Source: Eledone cirrhosa
Lineage: Eukaryota
NCBI GenBank assembly: GCA_964016885.1
Contig: OZ024750.1
Coordinates: 33,108,001-33,172,000 of the forward strand
Direction: 5' to 3'
DNA length: 64,000 nucleotides
This document shows positions 59,770 through 64,000 of the stretch, one piece after another. The position numbers were made by a program, and so were the translations under genes. The notes under the pieces were generated by a model that searched no databases, had not been told where the DNA came from, and saw only the letters and a list, made by a program, of their open reading frames with translations. Every line of letters starts with the position of its first letter. The stretch's first letter is position 1.

Positions 59770-60210
59770 TTTTACAAAGCCGTTTATACAAAAACAAAAA
59801 CACACTATTAAAGGTAACAAGAAAAAATGAAAAAAAAAGAATCAAGCAACGAAAGAAAGGGAAAGGGGTATGGACAGACACACCCCAGGCTGAGCGTTGT
59901 TTCAGCAGCACCACGTGGGCAAAGGTATTAATGCGGAGAATGGTCAGAGACGCCGGCTGTAACAGCCACCCCACCTCTCGGGGCTACTTCCTCAAGCGGG
60001 TGGCTGTCTTTCCGATTTTACGGACGAAATCATCAGTGCGAGGACCAAGGTCGTCTGAGGTCTCGGCTGAGACCGGTACAAAAAGAAAGCTGTCGGGCAA
60101 GCCCTGATATTTAACTATTCCCTTCTCCCCTGCATTGCGGGCAGCGTATCCTGTGTTTGTGGTCAAAGCAACTAAATTGGAGGCAGAGAACGTGTATTGA
60201 CATATATTGT
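59770..60210 (-). pseudogene. CRE-clade non-LTR retrotransposon 3' fragment (restriction-like endonuclease region)
   Basis: KYQGLPDSFLFVPVSAETSDDLGPRTDDFVRKIG...WLLQPASLTILRIN matches the CRE-type motif KY..L...FVP.AVET.G..G......R..G...LxQRxSxAxQRGN. Confidence 0.72.
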
Positions 60211-60667
60211 TATACAATTCCTCACCGCATATTTATTCTTAGTCAGTCTTGTAATAAATAAAGCAAAGTATTTCTTGTATGTTTGTAGAAATATGTGAGA
60301 GCAATCTGTGTTAACGGTATGTATACTTGCTATGATAAAAAATATATTGCTTTAGATATATTATCTTCCCATCTGTAATAGATTAAATATAAATATGACA
60401 GAGATGTGTAACTAAATTTACTTGACAATGAGTTTTGCAATCATCCTTGCTATTTCAGAATCAGGAAAATGAATATATAAAATATATTGAATAAAAATAT
60501 CGTAATACTCAGGAGGCAGGACTCCTAATAATATATTTCATTATATATACTCTTTTACCTGTTTCAGCCATCCGGCTGAGGCCATGCTGGGGCACCGCCC
60601 ATACAAATATATGTATGTGTGTGTGTATGTATATATATATATATTTATTTATTTATATGTATGTATG

Positions 60668-60723
<56 letters not shown>

Positions 60724-62092
60724 TATATAGAATATATATATATAGAATGAAAATAATGCCTTCAAATAACAGAGATACATGCTTATGTGACTGTTGCGTC
60801 CTTTGTGGCATACAACACTGCCAGATAAATGTCCCATATTAACATTGTAACTGCCATATTTCAGTAATAAGATAATTTTTAAAAAATAATAATTTTGGGT
60901 ATTTTTAAATGCATCAAACAGCGATAAGAAGCTACTGTATTTTCTAATTGTTGAAAGAGAATAGTTTGGAATTTGTTTTAATTGTTGTACAACAATATTT
61001 GTAATCTATATTTTCATTAAAGTATTGCTTTTTCCCATCTGGAATTTTATTATCTTTCCCCAAACACAAACACGTTTATCTCTCATGAATTTTACCTTGA
61101 AATCCAGATATAAATGTTCTTTCATGTTTCAATAGGGAATAAGATATTTATTTAATCAATATATTTTAAAGAGAATTTAGACATTTTTCTTCTAATTTAA
61201 GATATATATTTTAGTTATATACAACAATGTATTTATTTAATACATATCTCATCGCCATTTGTCTATTTTGCAAAAAGTTTTCTAATCTGGAAAAGTGGTA
61301 ATGAAGTGAAGTTTCATTTCACTGATTGAAAGCTCAGGATATTTCATTATTAATTGATAATAATTTCATAAGTACAGTTAGATTTGACGTGCTGAATGCA
61401 CGTAGTAACAACTCACCAAATATATATATATGTATGCACTTTTAAAGCGCAGAAATCGGTGCACACGGATCGGCAAAACTGCAGTCGGGACTTTGAAGAA
61501 AAGATAGGTATATTTTGGTCTATTATTTCCTCATATTTTGGAATTTAATATACATATATATTCCTTTCGCTGTCACCCGTCTTTTTTCTCTCCCCTTGCT
61601 GCTATCCTCTCTCTCTCTATCTCTCTCTCTCTCTCCCTTCTCTCTCCTTCTTCCTCTTACTTTCTCTCACTCCCTCTGCTAGTCACATCTTGGCTATCCT
61701 CCAACTATAAATATCTCTTTCTCGCTTTCTCGCACTTTCACCCACTCGTCTCTGCTAGTCATCCTCTCTCCGCGCTGGCTCACTTCCTCCATCGTCCAGC
61801 ACTGTACGTGCTCTCTTTTTTCGCTAACACTGCTACGGCCTAGGCGTGTCTTTTGTCTCTCATCAAAATTCGGCCGTTCTCATGTTCGAAATGAGTTATT
61901 GACTTGATATTTTTCCTAATTTTCATATCTTTACGTTGTTTCACCTTTCGTGTCTGTTTACATGTTTTTCTCCCTCCCCCTTATTTTATCCCAATAACTT
62001 ATTTTACACAAATATATATACATATGTATATATATATATAACAACTTCACTATTCACAAGTGCTTTTTTAAGCTTCATATCATGTATCCCTA

Positions 62093-62159
62093 TTTTATCT
62101 GATGAAAACGCAGATATAATCCCATGATGATATTTGTTTTTGAAAGGCGCATAATAAAA
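62093..62159 (+). ncRNA. Type-I hammerhead (family A), stem III mutated to GGCGCA
   Basis: TTTTAT-CTGATGA-...-GAAA-GGCGCA-TA-ATAAAA. Confidence 0.7.
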
Positions 62160-62269
62160 TACTTGGAACTCTTTTAACCATCTTTTGATCTTATATTATA
62201 TATATATATATAAGATAAAGCCTTATTTAATAGGTTAGGTGTAATAGGTTAGGTGTAATATATATATAT

Positions 62270-64000
<1,731 letters not shown>

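Noticed and set aside
60005-60040. Minus-strand CTGATGA...GAAA resembling a hammerhead
   Set aside because: Lies inside CRE coding sequence, with no stem I or NUH; chance match

Overview
AT-rich, repeat-saturated eukaryotic non-coding DNA (intron or intergenic). The SINE and microsatellite content suggests an octopus or other coleoid cephalopod, which is inference. No intact host gene is visible, and almost every ORF in the track is a translation of (TA)n, (CA)n, (GA)n or (TAG)n microsatellites. The window holds about 20 copies of a tRNA-derived SINE, two copies of a non-autonomous Helitron, a rearranged RTE-type LINE, CRE-like and R4-like LINE fragments, mariner/Tigger/hAT relics and several Penelope-like (PLE) RT or GIY-YIG fragments. 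The most striking hidden signal is about 18 intact or near-intact plus about 8 decayed minimal type-I hammerhead ribozyme motifs (stem I-CTGAnGA-stem II-GAAA-stem III-NUH-stem I), from more than 10 unrelated sequence families. They sit in short modules embedded in (TA)n tracts, most have a family-specific palindromic stem III, and they are often arranged as inverted or tandem pairs. Two tandem pairs bracket ORF-less 554-nt and 483-nt units that look like retrozyme-like or non-autonomous PLE monomers. All structures were read by eye; none was computed or tested.
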